Of a stretch of DNA of 64,000 nucleotides, positions 39,713 to 49,670 are shown in pieces. The DNA is taken from positions 3,520,001-3,584,000 of the forward strand of contig CAXXKJ010000002.1 of the NCBI GenBank assembly GCA_963675295.2, given 5' to 3'. The translations under genes were made by a program, and so were the position numbers. The first letter of the stretch is position 1. Each line of letters starts with the position of its first letter. Under the pieces are notes generated by a model that saw nothing but the letters and a program-made list of their open reading frames with translations, was not told where the DNA came from and did no database searches. The DNA comes from a bacterium. Its GTDB lineage: Bacteria > Electryoneota > Electryoneia > Electryoneales > Electryoneaceae.

Positions 39713-40321
39713 CTACGCAGCAACATCCTCGGCAACAGCTTTGCCACGTGCGAACGCCGCGAGGTTCAGCTCGATCGTCTTCGGCGGGACCATCGCGCGG
39801 ATGGTCTCATTCCAGATGTCGTCGCTGATGTCGAGGCCGGTCGAGAGGGCACCGAGCAGGATGGTGTTGGTCAACCGGGAATTGCCCAACTCCTCGGCAA
39901 TCTTCTCCGCTTCGATCGGTACCACACGTCCCTTGCAGACGCTTTTCGCGTCCTCAAGCGGCGTTTCCGGGTACTGCAATCCCTTGACCTTTTTCTTCTG
40001 CGGCCCGCGTGGCGGCGGGATTTTCTGGGTTGCGGAGAGTAGCAGTCCGCCCTCTTTCACCTCATGGGCGAAGCGCAACGCCTCGGCCGATTCGAAGCCG
40101 AGCAGAACATCCGCCTGGCCGTGCTGAATCAACGGACTGTAGACTTTTTCGCCGAAGCGGACGTGACTGGTGACGACACCACCGCGCTGGCTCATGCCGT
40201 GAATTTCGGATTTTTTTACATCGTATCCGGCGCGCAACGCCACTTCGCAGAGGATGTTCGATGCGAGCACGACGCCCTGACCACCGACTCCCACGATGAG
40301 CACATTGACGACTTCGCTCAT
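39713..40321 (-). CDS. iorB: Indolepyruvate:ferredoxin oxidoreductase beta subunit
   Basis: GVGGQG; SEIHGMSQRGG.V.SHVRFG; NTILLGAL. Confidence 0.93.
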   Translation of the reverse strand: MSEVVNVLIVGVGGQGVVLASNILCEVALRAGYDVKKSEIHGMSQRGGVVTSHVRFGEKVYSPLIQHGQADVLLGFESAEALRFAHEVKEGGLLLSATQKIPPPRGPQKKKVKGLQYPETPLEDAKSVCKGRVVPIEAEKIAEELGNSRLTNTILLGALSTGLDISDDIWNETIRAMVPPKTIELNLAAFARGKAVAEDVAA

Positions 40322-42150
40322 GCCTCCACCTCCTCTCCATGACGCTTTTTGAACTCAGTCAACGACAAAATCGCGTCATCCTTGCACACCTGTTGGCAAA
40401 GTGTGCACCCCGTGCAGGCGGTCGGGTCGATGTGAGCGATGGCCAGACCACGCTTCGTTTTCTTGCCTGATGTACTGATCGCGGGGCAGCCAATCCGGAA
40501 GCAGTTCCCGCAACCGGTGCAGTCTGCCTCGACCACCACGTACGGGTCGATCTTCCGTTTCTTCGGGAACAGTGCGCACTGTTTGCGTGCGATCAGGACG
40601 GACGGTCCGTCGTAATTGACTGCTTCCTTGAGCTGATCGACGGTTTTGTTGTAGTCGTAGGTGTCGGCGACAATCATCTTCTTGACGCCAAGGCCTTCGA
40701 CGACCTGTTCGATCGGCACCTTGACGTTGACGTTGCCCATCAGGTTCGTGCCGGAACCCGGATGCTGCTGGCCGCCGGTCATCGCGGTGATGCTGTTGTC
40801 GACGATGACGACGGTAATGTTCGCTTCGGAGGCGACGGCGTCGAGCAGGCCGGTCATGCCGCTGTGGTAGAAGGTTGAGTCCCCGATGACGGCGACTGCC
40901 GGGTGTTTGCGGTCGTTTTCGGCCAGCGCGGCACCAACGGCGCTGCCGATGGACGCGCCCATGCAGAAGCAGGTGTGCAGCGTTTCCAGCGGCGGCAGGG
41001 CGGCGAGGGTGTAGCAGCCGATATCGCCGTAGACGTCCGCGTTGATCTTGCGCAACGCCATGTAGATCCCGCGGTGCGGGCAACCGGCGCAGAGCACCGG
41101 CGGACGGGCGACGACCGGTTCGCCAACCGGCACGACCGGCGCGCTGTCGAGCAGCCCCGCTTCATGCAGGCCTTTGCCGACGGTGTCGAGGTCCAGTTCG
41201 CCTTCGCGCGGGAAGAATTCCTTGCCCTGCACGTTGATCCCGGCGATCTTCGCCTCTTCTTCCATGAACGGCTCGAGTTCTTCGATGACGAGCACGCGGT
41301 CGCAGTGTTCGGCGAGCTGGCGCGCTTTCTCCGCCGGGAACGGCCACGGCATGCCGACTTTGAGCAGGCTGGCGTCCGGCATCAGCTCCTGCACGTAGTT
41401 GGAGGCGACGCCGGCGGTGATGATCCCGATCTTCTTCGACTTCAGCTGCAGATCGTTGCCGTCCCAGTTGTTCGAGAACTCGAGCAGGTCGAGGGCCCGC
41501 TTCTCCGCGAAGGTGTGACGCGGACGGGCAAAGTTCGGCATCATCACGAAACGTTCGATCTCACGCTTCATGTGTGGTCCACGAACCGGCTCAGCCCACT
41601 CGCCGAGTTGGACAAGGCCCTTTGCGTGCGCGATGCGGGTGGTTTCGCGCATCATGACGAAGGTGTTGAACTGTTCGGAGAAATCGAACGCCATCTTCGT
41701 GAAGTCGTGCGCCTCCTGGCTGTTCGCCGGATCGAAGACAGGCACCTTCATGAACTTGGCGAGGATGCGGCTGTCCTGTTCGTTCTGGGACGAATGCATC
41801 GCCGGATCATCCGCCGCGACCAGCACAAACCCACCGACCACGCCGGTGTAGGTAAAGGTCATCAACGGGTCCATCGCGACGTTGACGCCGACGTGCTTCA
41901 TCGTGCAGAGAACACGTGTGCCGGTGAGACAGGCACCGATGCCAACCTCGACCGCGACCTTTTCGTTGGGGGCCCACTTTGCGAACACGCCGGGGAAGGT
42001 GTGGAAGATCTCGAGGATCTCGGTGGACGGTGTTCCGGGATACGCCGTCCCGAAATAACAGCCCGCCTCCCGCGCACCGTGCGCGATCGATTCGTTGCCG
42101 AATTGCAGAACCTTGTTCGGCTTCTCCTTCTGTCCGTTCGGTACGTTCAT
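40318..42150 (-). CDS. iorA: Indolepyruvate:ferredoxin oxidoreductase alpha subunit
   Basis: YPGTPSTEI; MKHVGVNVA; HSSQNEQDSR; LCAGCPH; GDIGCY; IGDSTF.HSG; two C-terminal 4Fe-4S motifs. Confidence 0.95.
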   Translation of the reverse strand: MNVPNGQKEKPNKVLQFGNESIAHGAREAGCYFGTAYPGTPSTEILEIFHTFPGVFAKWAPNEKVAVEVGIGACLTGTRVLCTMKHVGVNVAMDPLMTFTYTGVVGGFVLVAADDPAMHSSQNEQDSRILAKFMKVPVFDPANSQEAHDFTKMAFDFSEQFNTFVMMRETTRIAHAKGLVQLGEWAEPVRGPHMKREIERFVMMPNFARPRHTFAEKRALDLLEFSNNWDGNDLQLKSKKIGIITAGVASNYVQELMPDASLLKVGMPWPFPAEKARQLAEHCDRVLVIEELEPFMEEEAKIAGINVQGKEFFPREGELDLDTVGKGLHEAGLLDSAPVVPVGEPVVARPPVLCAGCPHRGIYMALRKINADVYGDIGCYTLAALPPLETLHTCFCMGASIGSAVGAALAENDRKHPAVAVIGDSTFYHSGMTGLLDAVASEANITVVIVDNSITAMTGGQQHPGSGTNLMGNVNVKVPIEQVVEGLGVKKMIVADTYDYNKTVDQLKEAVNYDGPSVLIARKQCALFPKKRKIDPYVVVEADCTGCGNCFRIGCPAISTSGKKTKRGLAIAHIDPTACTGCTLCQQVCKDDAILSLTEFKKRHGEEVEA

Positions 42151-42223
42151 ACCGTAACTTCCTTCTTCCAGTCGTTTTAAGTCCGGAACGCCGGTTCCGG
42201 AACGGTACCAGCAACCTACAGAG

Positions 42224-43279
42224 TCAGTACACCAACACCTTTTCTTCTCCGTGCAACGCGCGGAGACCGCCTTCGGCCAATGCCAGCATCTCTTCTTCGC
42301 CGGGTTGCAGGTGGACACCGCCGGGAATCCACTTGATGTAGCCTTCGAGTGTGCGGCGGAGCTTGCCGCTGTGCACGAGGCCGCCGGTGAGGATGACGCC
42401 GTTCAAGTTGCCGCTCAACGCTGCGGCCATTGCGCCGATTTCTTTCGCGATCTGGTAGATCATCGCCTCGAAGACCAGTTCGGCGAGTTCGTCACCGGCG
42501 GCGATCTTCGCCTCAATATCACGCAGGTCGGAGGTGCCGAAATAGCCGACAAATCCGCTTTCCTTGCTGAAAATGCGCTTGGCTTCGTCGTACCCCTTGT
42601 CGCGCACGAGGTCGATCACCCCTTGCAGCGGCAACGCACCGGAACGTTCCGGGCTGAACGGTCCCATGCCGAGCAGGCCGTCGTTGACGTCCTGGATGCG
42701 TCCCTCCGCCAGCGCGGCGATGGAGATGCCGCCACCAAGGTGCGCGACGACGAACCGTGATTCGTCGAACGGGATACCCAGATCTTTCGCGGTGCGGCGC
42801 GCGACGGCCTTGATGTTCAGCGCGTGTGCACGGCATTTGCGTTCGATACCCGGCACGCCGGAAATGCGCGGAATCGGGCCGAATTCGTCCGTGGTGACTG
42901 GATCGACGACGTACGCCGGAACTCCAGCTGCCGTAGCGAACCGGTTCGCCAGCATCGAGCCGAGGTTGGACGCGTGCTCGCCGAACTCGGCGTGGCCGGC
43001 GTCGTGCAGCATGCTGTCGTTGACGGCGTAAATGCCGCCTTCGAGGGGGCGCAGCAAGCCACCGCGGCCGACGACCGCGGTCCAGCCGCGCGCATCGTCC
43101 GGGATATCCTTGTCGATCAGTTCGTAGCGGTAGTCGAGTTGTCCGGCGACGGTGCCGAACGAGTGCAGGGTGGCGGCGTCATGGCCGATGGATTCCTGCC
43201 AGAGACAGTCGGTGCCGTCGAAGACGGCGACTTTGGTGCTTGTGGTGCCTGGGTTGAGCACGAGAATGCGCTCGCTCAC
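42224..43279 (-). CDS. buk: Butyrate kinase
   Basis: LNPGTTSTK; GRGGLL; HASNLG; HALN.KAVA; HLGGGIS; GPFSPERSG; PGEEEM.ALA; GTG start. Confidence 0.95.
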   Translation of the reverse strand: MSERILVLNPGTTSTKVAVFDGTDCLWQESIGHDAATLHSFGTVAGQLDYRYELIDKDIPDDARGWTAVVGRGGLLRPLEGGIYAVNDSMLHDAGHAEFGEHASNLGSMLANRFATAAGVPAYVVDPVTTDEFGPIPRISGVPGIERKCRAHALNIKAVARRTAKDLGIPFDESRFVVAHLGGGISIAALAEGRIQDVNDGLLGMGPFSPERSGALPLQGVIDLVRDKGYDEAKRIFSKESGFVGYFGTSDLRDIEAKIAAGDELAELVFEAMIYQIAKEIGAMAAALSGNLNGVILTGGLVHSGKLRRTLEGYIKWIPGGVHLQPGEEEMLALAEGGLRALHGEEKVLVY

Positions 43280-43467
43280 AGCCCCTCCGCAGTGAAGCGA
43301 TTGTTGGAATTCGTGTTTTACTCTTGGATTGGGACGACTGCGCAGAGCCGTCCCTCCCGCACTTGAGCTCGGGAAGAGCAAAATAGCGGCCTGCGTTCTG
43401 TGGGCAAAACGCACCAGAGACGCCTAACATTTCCGCAAGCTCTGCAAAACCAGAAGAGTGACTGCCT

Positions 43468-44847
43468 CTACAGCTTGATCGTGATGACGCCGGAGCGGTC
43501 GGAAATCTGCGCGTTGAGCAGACGGATTTCGCCTTGATTCCAGCGAACGATCAGCGTGTCACCGTGCTCGCTGACATCGGGTGGCGATCCCATGCCGGCG
43601 ATCTCGAAGCGGGAGATGCCACTGAAGAGCGGATGTTCGCCCGCCGGAGAGGTCAGCATCCACTGATTGCGTGCTTCAATCGTTCCGCGATTGTTGGTCA
43701 ACCGGAGCCACTTTTCGTGCAGCAGTCGATTGTCCTCGAGACGCAGGATATGGTACAGGTCGAAGCCGGTGGCGATCATCGGGAGGTCGCTGAGGTCGAC
43801 GTTGAGGTGATACCCCTGAGCGTGACTCCACTCATGCGCCAGGGTGCGGCGGCGGGTATTGAAGGAGCGGATTCGTCCGCCGGCACGTTGGTCGTATTCA
43901 CGGATCAGGCCTTCCGGCAGCGGATCGTCCAGCAGACCGCGGCGGTTGACTACCGACCGCAGCAGATCGTTGAGGTCGGCATTGGTGTTCGCCCGGCGGT
44001 TGAGGATCGTTTTCCAGTCGGGGAAGAATTCGTCCAGCAGATACGCCCTCGCGGCGCCGGACACCTGTGCGCGACGTCGGATCTCGTTGGCGTTGGCATA
44101 CATTGAGTTCATGTACAGCATGGCGGGCTCAAGCTGCCGGGCACGCATGTCAATGTACCAGGGCAGCCCTTCCTGCAGCTCGATCATGCGCACGTATTCG
44201 CTGGCGATTGGCGGCGCTTCCGCATCGAAGTTCAAACGCGACTTGACAGCGTGCGCAATCCAGGTCACCGCGTCATCCAACTCTTCTTCTTCCACCGCTT
44301 TCAGCGCTTCCTGCAGGCCCTCGCTCTCGATCATCTGCCACTTGAGCAGGGACTTGTCGTTGTATGGATAGAAGAACAGCTCCTCGTCGTTGGCGGTCCA
44401 GGTGTAGTAGTGTTCGCGGATGAAGTCGTCGAAATCTTCGTGCAGCGCGCGTGCGGCGTACCCGTTGATGGAATCGTGGTCCGCGCTGTCGATGTAGACG
44501 ACGGACGTTGGAATCTCGTTGATCAGCAATGTCCCGTCGTCAGCCACACCGAATGGATTCCCCGGAGCGGTGATGGCTGTGTCCCAGCCGTCAACCGGAG
44601 ACCAGCCGTCCGGCGGGTTGGGATGGCTCATCAGCCACGATTCGGTGCGTTCGATCAGCAGGATCGGACGTCCGGTTGGATCGAACCCGGGCCAGTAGTC
44701 CTCGGCGGTGGCGAGGCTGTCATGAACCTGTTGGACCCGGACACCGTCTGGTGGAACAAGCGGGTCCAGATTGAGCGAACAGTTGAAGACGATGATCGCG
44801 GATACGGCGATGATGATGAGGGGAGCAATGGCGCGTGGACGGATCAC
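43468..44847 (-). CDS. Hypothetical lipoprotein-like protein
   Basis: Lipobox-like IVFNC; 'LHEDFD...EGL..Y' degenerate zincin-like pattern. Confidence 0.7.
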   Translation of the reverse strand: MIRPRAIAPLIIIAVSAIIVFNCSLNLDPLVPPDGVRVQQVHDSLATAEDYWPGFDPTGRPILLIERTESWLMSHPNPPDGWSPVDGWDTAITAPGNPFGVADDGTLLINEIPTSVVYIDSADHDSINGYAARALHEDFDDFIREHYYTWTANDEELFFYPYNDKSLLKWQMIESEGLQEALKAVEEEELDDAVTWIAHAVKSRLNFDAEAPPIASEYVRMIELQEGLPWYIDMRARQLEPAMLYMNSMYANANEIRRRAQVSGAARAYLLDEFFPDWKTILNRRANTNADLNDLLRSVVNRRGLLDDPLPEGLIREYDQRAGGRIRSFNTRRRTLAHEWSHAQGYHLNVDLSDLPMIATGFDLYHILRLEDNRLLHEKWLRLTNNRGTIEARNQWMLTSPAGEHPLFSGISRFEIAGMGSPPDVSEHGDTLIVRWNQGEIRLLNAQISDRSGVITIKL

Positions 44848-45407
44848 GGTTCCTCATCCTCCGTTTGATCAGCGGTATTTTTCTGAGGGCGGCTGGCTTC
44901 ATCGATTTGCGTAAACACCAGGGATACCGGATCCCAGGCGAAGGCGAATTCGCGGACGATCACGGGCGGATCGGCGATCGCGCGGTCTGCGTCCGGGAGC
45001 ACCCGGATCTCGTGCTTGCCGAAGGGGACGTGCAGCACGTCATCGGTGCGGCCAACCTCTTCCCCATCAACGACCACTGTTCCCTGACCGCCGTCCAGAT
45101 GCACAATCACGCTCGGTCCCATCACCCGCGTCGCGAGGAATACGACCATCGCGAGGAAAGCGAAGATGGCTCCGAGTACCGTAGATTGTTTCCGCAGGCG
45201 GGCGCGTCGTGCAGCTTGAACCTCATCATCGCTTAGCCAGTTCGGGATGCGGGGTTTCCGTTCCTCCGGCTTCGCATGGAGAGAGGCACTGCGCACCCAC
45301 GGGTCGCCTCCGGTAACCTGGATCCGTTGTCTCCCGGGCTCGGATCCCGACTCCGAGTGTTCGTGTGGAACATCGTGAGAAGGCGAATTTTGTCTCGGGT
45401 CGCTCAT
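44844..45407 (-). CDS. Hypothetical single-TM protein with PEGA-like domain
   Basis: TM followed by 'VVVDGEEVGRT...VPFGKHEIRV'; stop overlaps the next start. Confidence 0.65.
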   Translation of the reverse strand: MSDPRQNSPSHDVPHEHSESGSEPGRQRIQVTGGDPWVRSASLHAKPEERKPRIPNWLSDDEVQAARRARLRKQSTVLGAIFAFLAMVVFLATRVMGPSVIVHLDGGQGTVVVDGEEVGRTDDVLHVPFGKHEIRVLPDADRAIADPPVIVREFAFAWDPVSLVFTQIDEASRPQKNTADQTEDEEP

Positions 45408-45631
45408 CTGGCAAACCATTTGCATGATGAACAGCAGACACTGGCACGCGGACCGGGTAAAGCCGCACCAGCACAAGCGATCAGGATGTCTACCCCAAGT
45501 TGGAGTTGTGGGCTGAACGTCACAGGTGTGATAGCAGCCCCGACACTACGGGCACAGGAAAGCGGCTTCAACGCTTCCGCCTGATCGACAACCAAGGTAA
45601 GTAAAGTAAGCACGTTGAGGGGGTTCAACCG

Positions 45632-46846
45632 ATGAAACGGATACAACAGTCACTGATCTGGGTGCTCGCGATCGTGTTCATCGCCGGCGGGTTCGGAAAG
45701 GTTCTCGCCCAGGTGGAGATGCTTGACGAGCGCACGGCAATCGTCACCGCGCGCGGTGTCGCCGAAGGCATGAAGAAGAAGAAGGATCGTGAAGCGGTCG
45801 CATTCGAACGTGCGATGGACAACGCGGTAATCATGGTCGTTAACGACATGCTGCGTGAGTCGGACGAGCGGAAACGGTTCGAAGAGATTCAGGACCAGTT
45901 CCTCGTCAAGCGTGACGAAGTGATCCAGAACTTCAGCTACATCAGCAAGAACAACTACGACAAGCCGCATTACAAGACCACGATCACGCTGGAAGTCCGC
46001 TTGAATCGTGACCGTCTGCGGCAGATGCTGATCGACTGGAACATTATCAAGGCGGCGGACGATGTCCGCGAAGAGCTGGATCGTTTCAGCATCATGCCGT
46101 ACATCGACACGGCGAATTCCGATCCGGAAGCGCTCGAGTACAAGGATTTGTTCTACACCCGCGTGCGCGTCTTCTTCGAGGATCAGAACATTCCGACCAT
46201 CGGTCTGGATGAAGCGACCGCGCTGGAGGCGGACGAACAGTTTGTCGCGTTGCAGAAGAGCAGCACGGGCGAGGAAGGGGTCGAGGATGCGATCCTGACG
46301 ATCTCGCGCGCGACTCCGGCGGACATTTTCGTCAAGATTACCCCGCGCATCGAAACCGGCAAGTACGGTGGTGCGACGACCAAGAAGGTGATCTTAAGTG
46401 TCGGTGCGTACAGCGCGATGACCGGCGAGTTCATTGGCTCAAACCAGGGCTTCAGCGAACCTCTGGCGATGAGCAGCGATGGCGCAAGTGTTGGCGCGGC
46501 GATTGACCAGGCGATGAATGCCGCGATGCCGCGTGTGATGGACGTGATCACCTCCTTCTGGCGCGATTATGCGAAGAACGGCCGTCCGGTCAAGCTGATC
46601 TTCACCGATTTCAGCTTTGACGACATCCGGAATGTGCGTTCCGCGCTGCAGGACATGACCAACGACCAGAAGCGCCTGAAAGCCGCCGGGAATGTCACTG
46701 AGTACATGGTTTGGTACGATGGCGACGTTGAAGAGCTGATGTACGATCTGTATGATGCACTGCGAGCGTACAACATCCCGTTGTCGGAGGATCCGGCGAT
46801 GGTTGCAAACAGCATCCGTTTCTATCGCGACACGATGTCGCAATAA
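45632..46846 (+). CDS. Secreted FlgT-N/LPP20-like protein
   Basis: Signal peptide; 'VTARG...A...AM.NAV' N-terminal domain. Confidence 0.7.
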   Translation: MKRIQQSLIWVLAIVFIAGGFGKVLAQVEMLDERTAIVTARGVAEGMKKKKDREAVAFERAMDNAVIMVVNDMLRESDERKRFEEIQDQFLVKRDEVIQNFSYISKNNYDKPHYKTTITLEVRLNRDRLRQMLIDWNIIKAADDVREELDRFSIMPYIDTANSDPEALEYKDLFYTRVRVFFEDQNIPTIGLDEATALEADEQFVALQKSSTGEEGVEDAILTISRATPADIFVKITPRIETGKYGGATTKKVILSVGAYSAMTGEFIGSNQGFSEPLAMSSDGASVGAAIDQAMNAAMPRVMDVITSFWRDYAKNGRPVKLIFTDFSFDDIRNVRSALQDMTNDQKRLKAAGNVTEYMVWYDGDVEELMYDLYDALRAYNIPLSEDPAMVANSIRFYRDTMSQ

Positions 46847-46862
46847 AGGGGAGTGTCTGACG

Positions 46863-47969
46863 ATGAAGAGTGGACGAATCGCGATCCTGCTGATCCTGGT
46901 GATCTCGTTCCTGCCGGTCCTCGCGGCACATGCGGTTGAAGTCACGGCTGTCGGATTCGGCAACGACAGGACGACAGCGATTGTGGACGCGAAGCGGAAC
47001 GCGATCGCGCGTGTTGTCGGCGAATATGTCGACAGCCGGACCCTGGTCGAGAATTTTGCCCTGGTTTCGGATAAGATCCTCAGCAGCTCCAGCGGCTACG
47101 TCAAATCGTACGAACTGCTGAACACGGAAACGTTCCCGACCGGCGAAGTGAAGGTGGAAATCCGTGCCGATGTCACTCGTGACATGCTGACCGAGGACAT
47201 AGACCGGATCCAGGTGCTGTCCGCCAAACGTGGCGACCCCCGTTTCGTGGTCATCCCCGACCCGCAACTGAAGACCAGTGGCATCGACCCGGCAGTGATC
47301 GAAGCAACCGGCAACGGCATCAAGAACTACCTCAGCGAAAACGGGTACAGCACGGTGCATGCGCCGTTTCACAACATCACACGCAACCTGGACGATCCAG
47401 CGGTGCTGCAGGACCTGAGCCAGTGGGCGGCGGGTGTCGGCGCGGAATTCGTGATCTACTTCGACGTGGTGCAGGTGGAAGAACCAGCTGGGCGCGTCTT
47501 CCAGCGGGCGAGCGCATTGGCGAACGTGACCGTGGTGCATACCGGCAGCTACCGGATCATCGCGAACACGGACGCGCGCGGCTCCAGCGGCGACCAGTAC
47601 TCGGAATTCGCGTTCCGGGAAGCGTGCAAGGTTGCTGGCAGCAACGTTGCCCACAAGGCGATGGGCATGGTGCTGTCCGACTGGAACCGTAGCGGTTCAG
47701 TACAGGGCAACCGTCTCATGCTCGAGATTGAGAACATGCCCGCCGACGCGAATGTCGCGTTCGAACAGAAACTGGGCAGCACCGGCGCGGTCAAGCAGGT
47801 GCAACTGAGCTCGAAAGCCGACGATCTGACGGTCTATCAAGTTACCGTGGACGGCAGCACGCACGACCTCAGCTCCGCGATGATGCAGGTCGCGTCCGAT
47901 CTGAACTGGCAGGTTTGGCTGACCGAAGCGTCCCGCACGCGGATGAAGTACGCGCTGGTGTTCGACTGA
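46863..47969 (+). CDS. Secreted FlgT-N-like protein (paralogous architecture)
   Basis: 'VTAVGFG.DRTTAIVDAKRNAI..VVG.YVDS.T.VENF...D.I...SSGYVKSY'; SD GGGGAG. Confidence 0.75.
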   Translation: MKSGRIAILLILVISFLPVLAAHAVEVTAVGFGNDRTTAIVDAKRNAIARVVGEYVDSRTLVENFALVSDKILSSSSGYVKSYELLNTETFPTGEVKVEIRADVTRDMLTEDIDRIQVLSAKRGDPRFVVIPDPQLKTSGIDPAVIEATGNGIKNYLSENGYSTVHAPFHNITRNLDDPAVLQDLSQWAAGVGAEFVIYFDVVQVEEPAGRVFQRASALANVTVVHTGSYRIIANTDARGSSGDQYSEFAFREACKVAGSNVAHKAMGMVLSDWNRSGSVQGNRLMLEIENMPADANVAFEQKLGSTGAVKQVQLSSKADDLTVYQVTVDGSTHDLSSAMMQVASDLNWQVWLTEASRTRMKYALVFD

Positions 47970-48317
47970 GCGGGCGCGGTCGGAACCTGCGGAAGTGGTG
48001 TAGGAGAACGCAGGATCTACCATCATCACGCGGGTGTTGTGGTTGTAACCGTGCGGATTGCCTGACAGAACGCGTCTTCGTCGAATCGGTGGCTTGGTTG
48101 TTATGGCGGATCAGATGCAGGATCGGGGTTGTATCCGTTTGGGTTTCGAGGTTGAAAGCGTAGGTCAGTGAGAGCTAGTGTGATTACTGTCACTAGTTAG
48201 TAGCAGAATTTTTACTATTATGCATGTGCGGTTGCATGCCGCACAGTGGGTTGTTTCGCAGGTCGAATCGCCTGTGAAGCTAACCCCCTCCAAGGTTGCG
48301 CCCATGGGAAACCCGGT

Positions 48318-48406
48318 CCTGTGGGCGCTTCTATGCTCTGTGGGCTATGGGTTATGGGCTGTAGGCTGTGGTCTGCGGGCGACGGGTTGTGAGCTCGGGG
48401 CTCGGG
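48318..48406 (+). repeat. Degenerate TGGGCTN heptamer array
   Basis: tgggcta tgggtta tgggctg taggctg tggtctg cgggcga cgggttg tgagctc ggggctc. Confidence 0.75.
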
Positions 48407-48415
48407 AAGGAAGAT

Positions 48416-48600
48416 GTGCCCCTGCGGACTTGGTCAGCAGGGGTCATCCGCTGGTGGATCATCCCTGCTGGCGGAGCCATCAGGGGCACATCAACAGACC
48501 GTGCCCGGGTTTGCTTGCAAACGCGGACACTCCACCCACGGAACAAACCCCACTCGTTTTACCTGCTACCAATCCCTGCTGGCGGAGCCATCAGGGGCAC
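48416..48600. repeat. REP doublets: (REP-A' + inverted REP-A) and (REP-B + inverted REP-A)
   Basis: GTGC...GCAC units at 48416-48489 and 48501-48600. Confidence 0.85.
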
Positions 48601-48613
48601 AAAACCTGCCGAT

Positions 48614-48646
48614 AAAAAAAAGCCGCTCCCGGAACCGGAAGCGGCC
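48614..48646 (-). terminator. Rho-independent terminator of the tectonin-like gene
   Basis: Minus strand GCCGCTTCCGG-tt-CCGGGAGCGGC-TTTTTTTT. Confidence 0.85.
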
Positions 48647-48692
48647 AAATGATCTTTGTCAGAAATCTACCGTCAGGCAGATACCTTGTGTG

Positions 48693-49424
48693 TTACTTGC
48701 GGAGGCGGAAGATCTTGCCATCATCGCCCTTGGTGACCCAGGCCTGTCCATCCGGACCGGCGGCGATGTTGCGGAAGTCGTCGCTCGGGAGCTTGGTCCA
48801 CGCGCCATCATCCCAGCGATAGGCGTTGTTGCCCTTGCTCGCGCTGCCGATGATGAACAGGGTGCCGTCCGGGCCGACGGCGATGTCTGTCGCCGCGCCA
48901 GCGAGTTCCTGCCACGTATCGTTACGCCAACGGTAGATCTTGTAGTCCTGGCTCACGACGTACGGGTTGCCATCGGGACCAACCGCGACACGCTTGTAGT
49001 TCGATCCGGGGAAATCAGCCCATGCGCCGTCATCCCACTTGTAGATGCGATGGCCCTTGGATTCCGACCCGATGATGAATACGGAGCCGTCGGCACCGAC
49101 GGCAATGTCGGTCGCCGCGCCGGCCAGTTCCTGCCAGTCGTTGTTGCGCCAGCGGAAGATCTTGTAGTCGCGGTCAATGGCGTATGCGTCGCCATCTTTG
49201 CCGCAGGCAATGCGGCGCCAGCCTTCACGCGGGGCCTTGACCCACGCACCATCATCCCAGCGGAACGCGAGGAAACCGCGCGATTCCGATCCAACGATCC
49301 ATACTGTGCCGTCCGCGCCGACCGCGATGTCGTTGGCAATGCCCGGAATTTCCGCCCAATCCTGTGCTACCGCGAAGCCCGCGGTTAGTGCCAGAGCCAT
49401 GATCGCAAAGACGATCTTCTTCAT
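48693..49424 (-). CDS. Tectonin-like six-bladed beta-propeller lectin
   Basis: Signal peptide; six 'W.E..G.A.DIAVG.DG..' repeats arranged as three 2-blade units; SD AAGGAG. Confidence 0.8.
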   Translation of the reverse strand: MKKIVFAIMALALTAGFAVAQDWAEIPGIANDIAVGADGTVWIVGSESRGFLAFRWDDGAWVKAPREGWRRIACGKDGDAYAIDRDYKIFRWRNNDWQELAGAATDIAVGADGSVFIIGSESKGHRIYKWDDGAWADFPGSNYKRVAVGPDGNPYVVSQDYKIYRWRNDTWQELAGAATDIAVGPDGTLFIIGSASKGNNAYRWDDGAWTKLPSDDFRNIAAGPDGQAWVTKGDDGKIFRLRK

Positions 49425-49670
49425 CTCAACTCTCCTTCGTTTTGAAATCCGGAGATTTCAGCGGAGGATTGCTCCCCCCTTGTTCACACAGCTTTTGTGG
49501 TGTATTGCACGCTTGCGAACGCGCCCGGTTGCAAGGTGCATCGGTTTCTCTTCTTGACCCGCCGAAAAATGCCGTTACCACAAGGCTAAACGCAATCCTG
49601 CCTCCCCGATGTCGTCACGCGGAGAGGCGTACGCCCTGCCAGTGCAGATACCGGGTGCGCGACTGTACGG

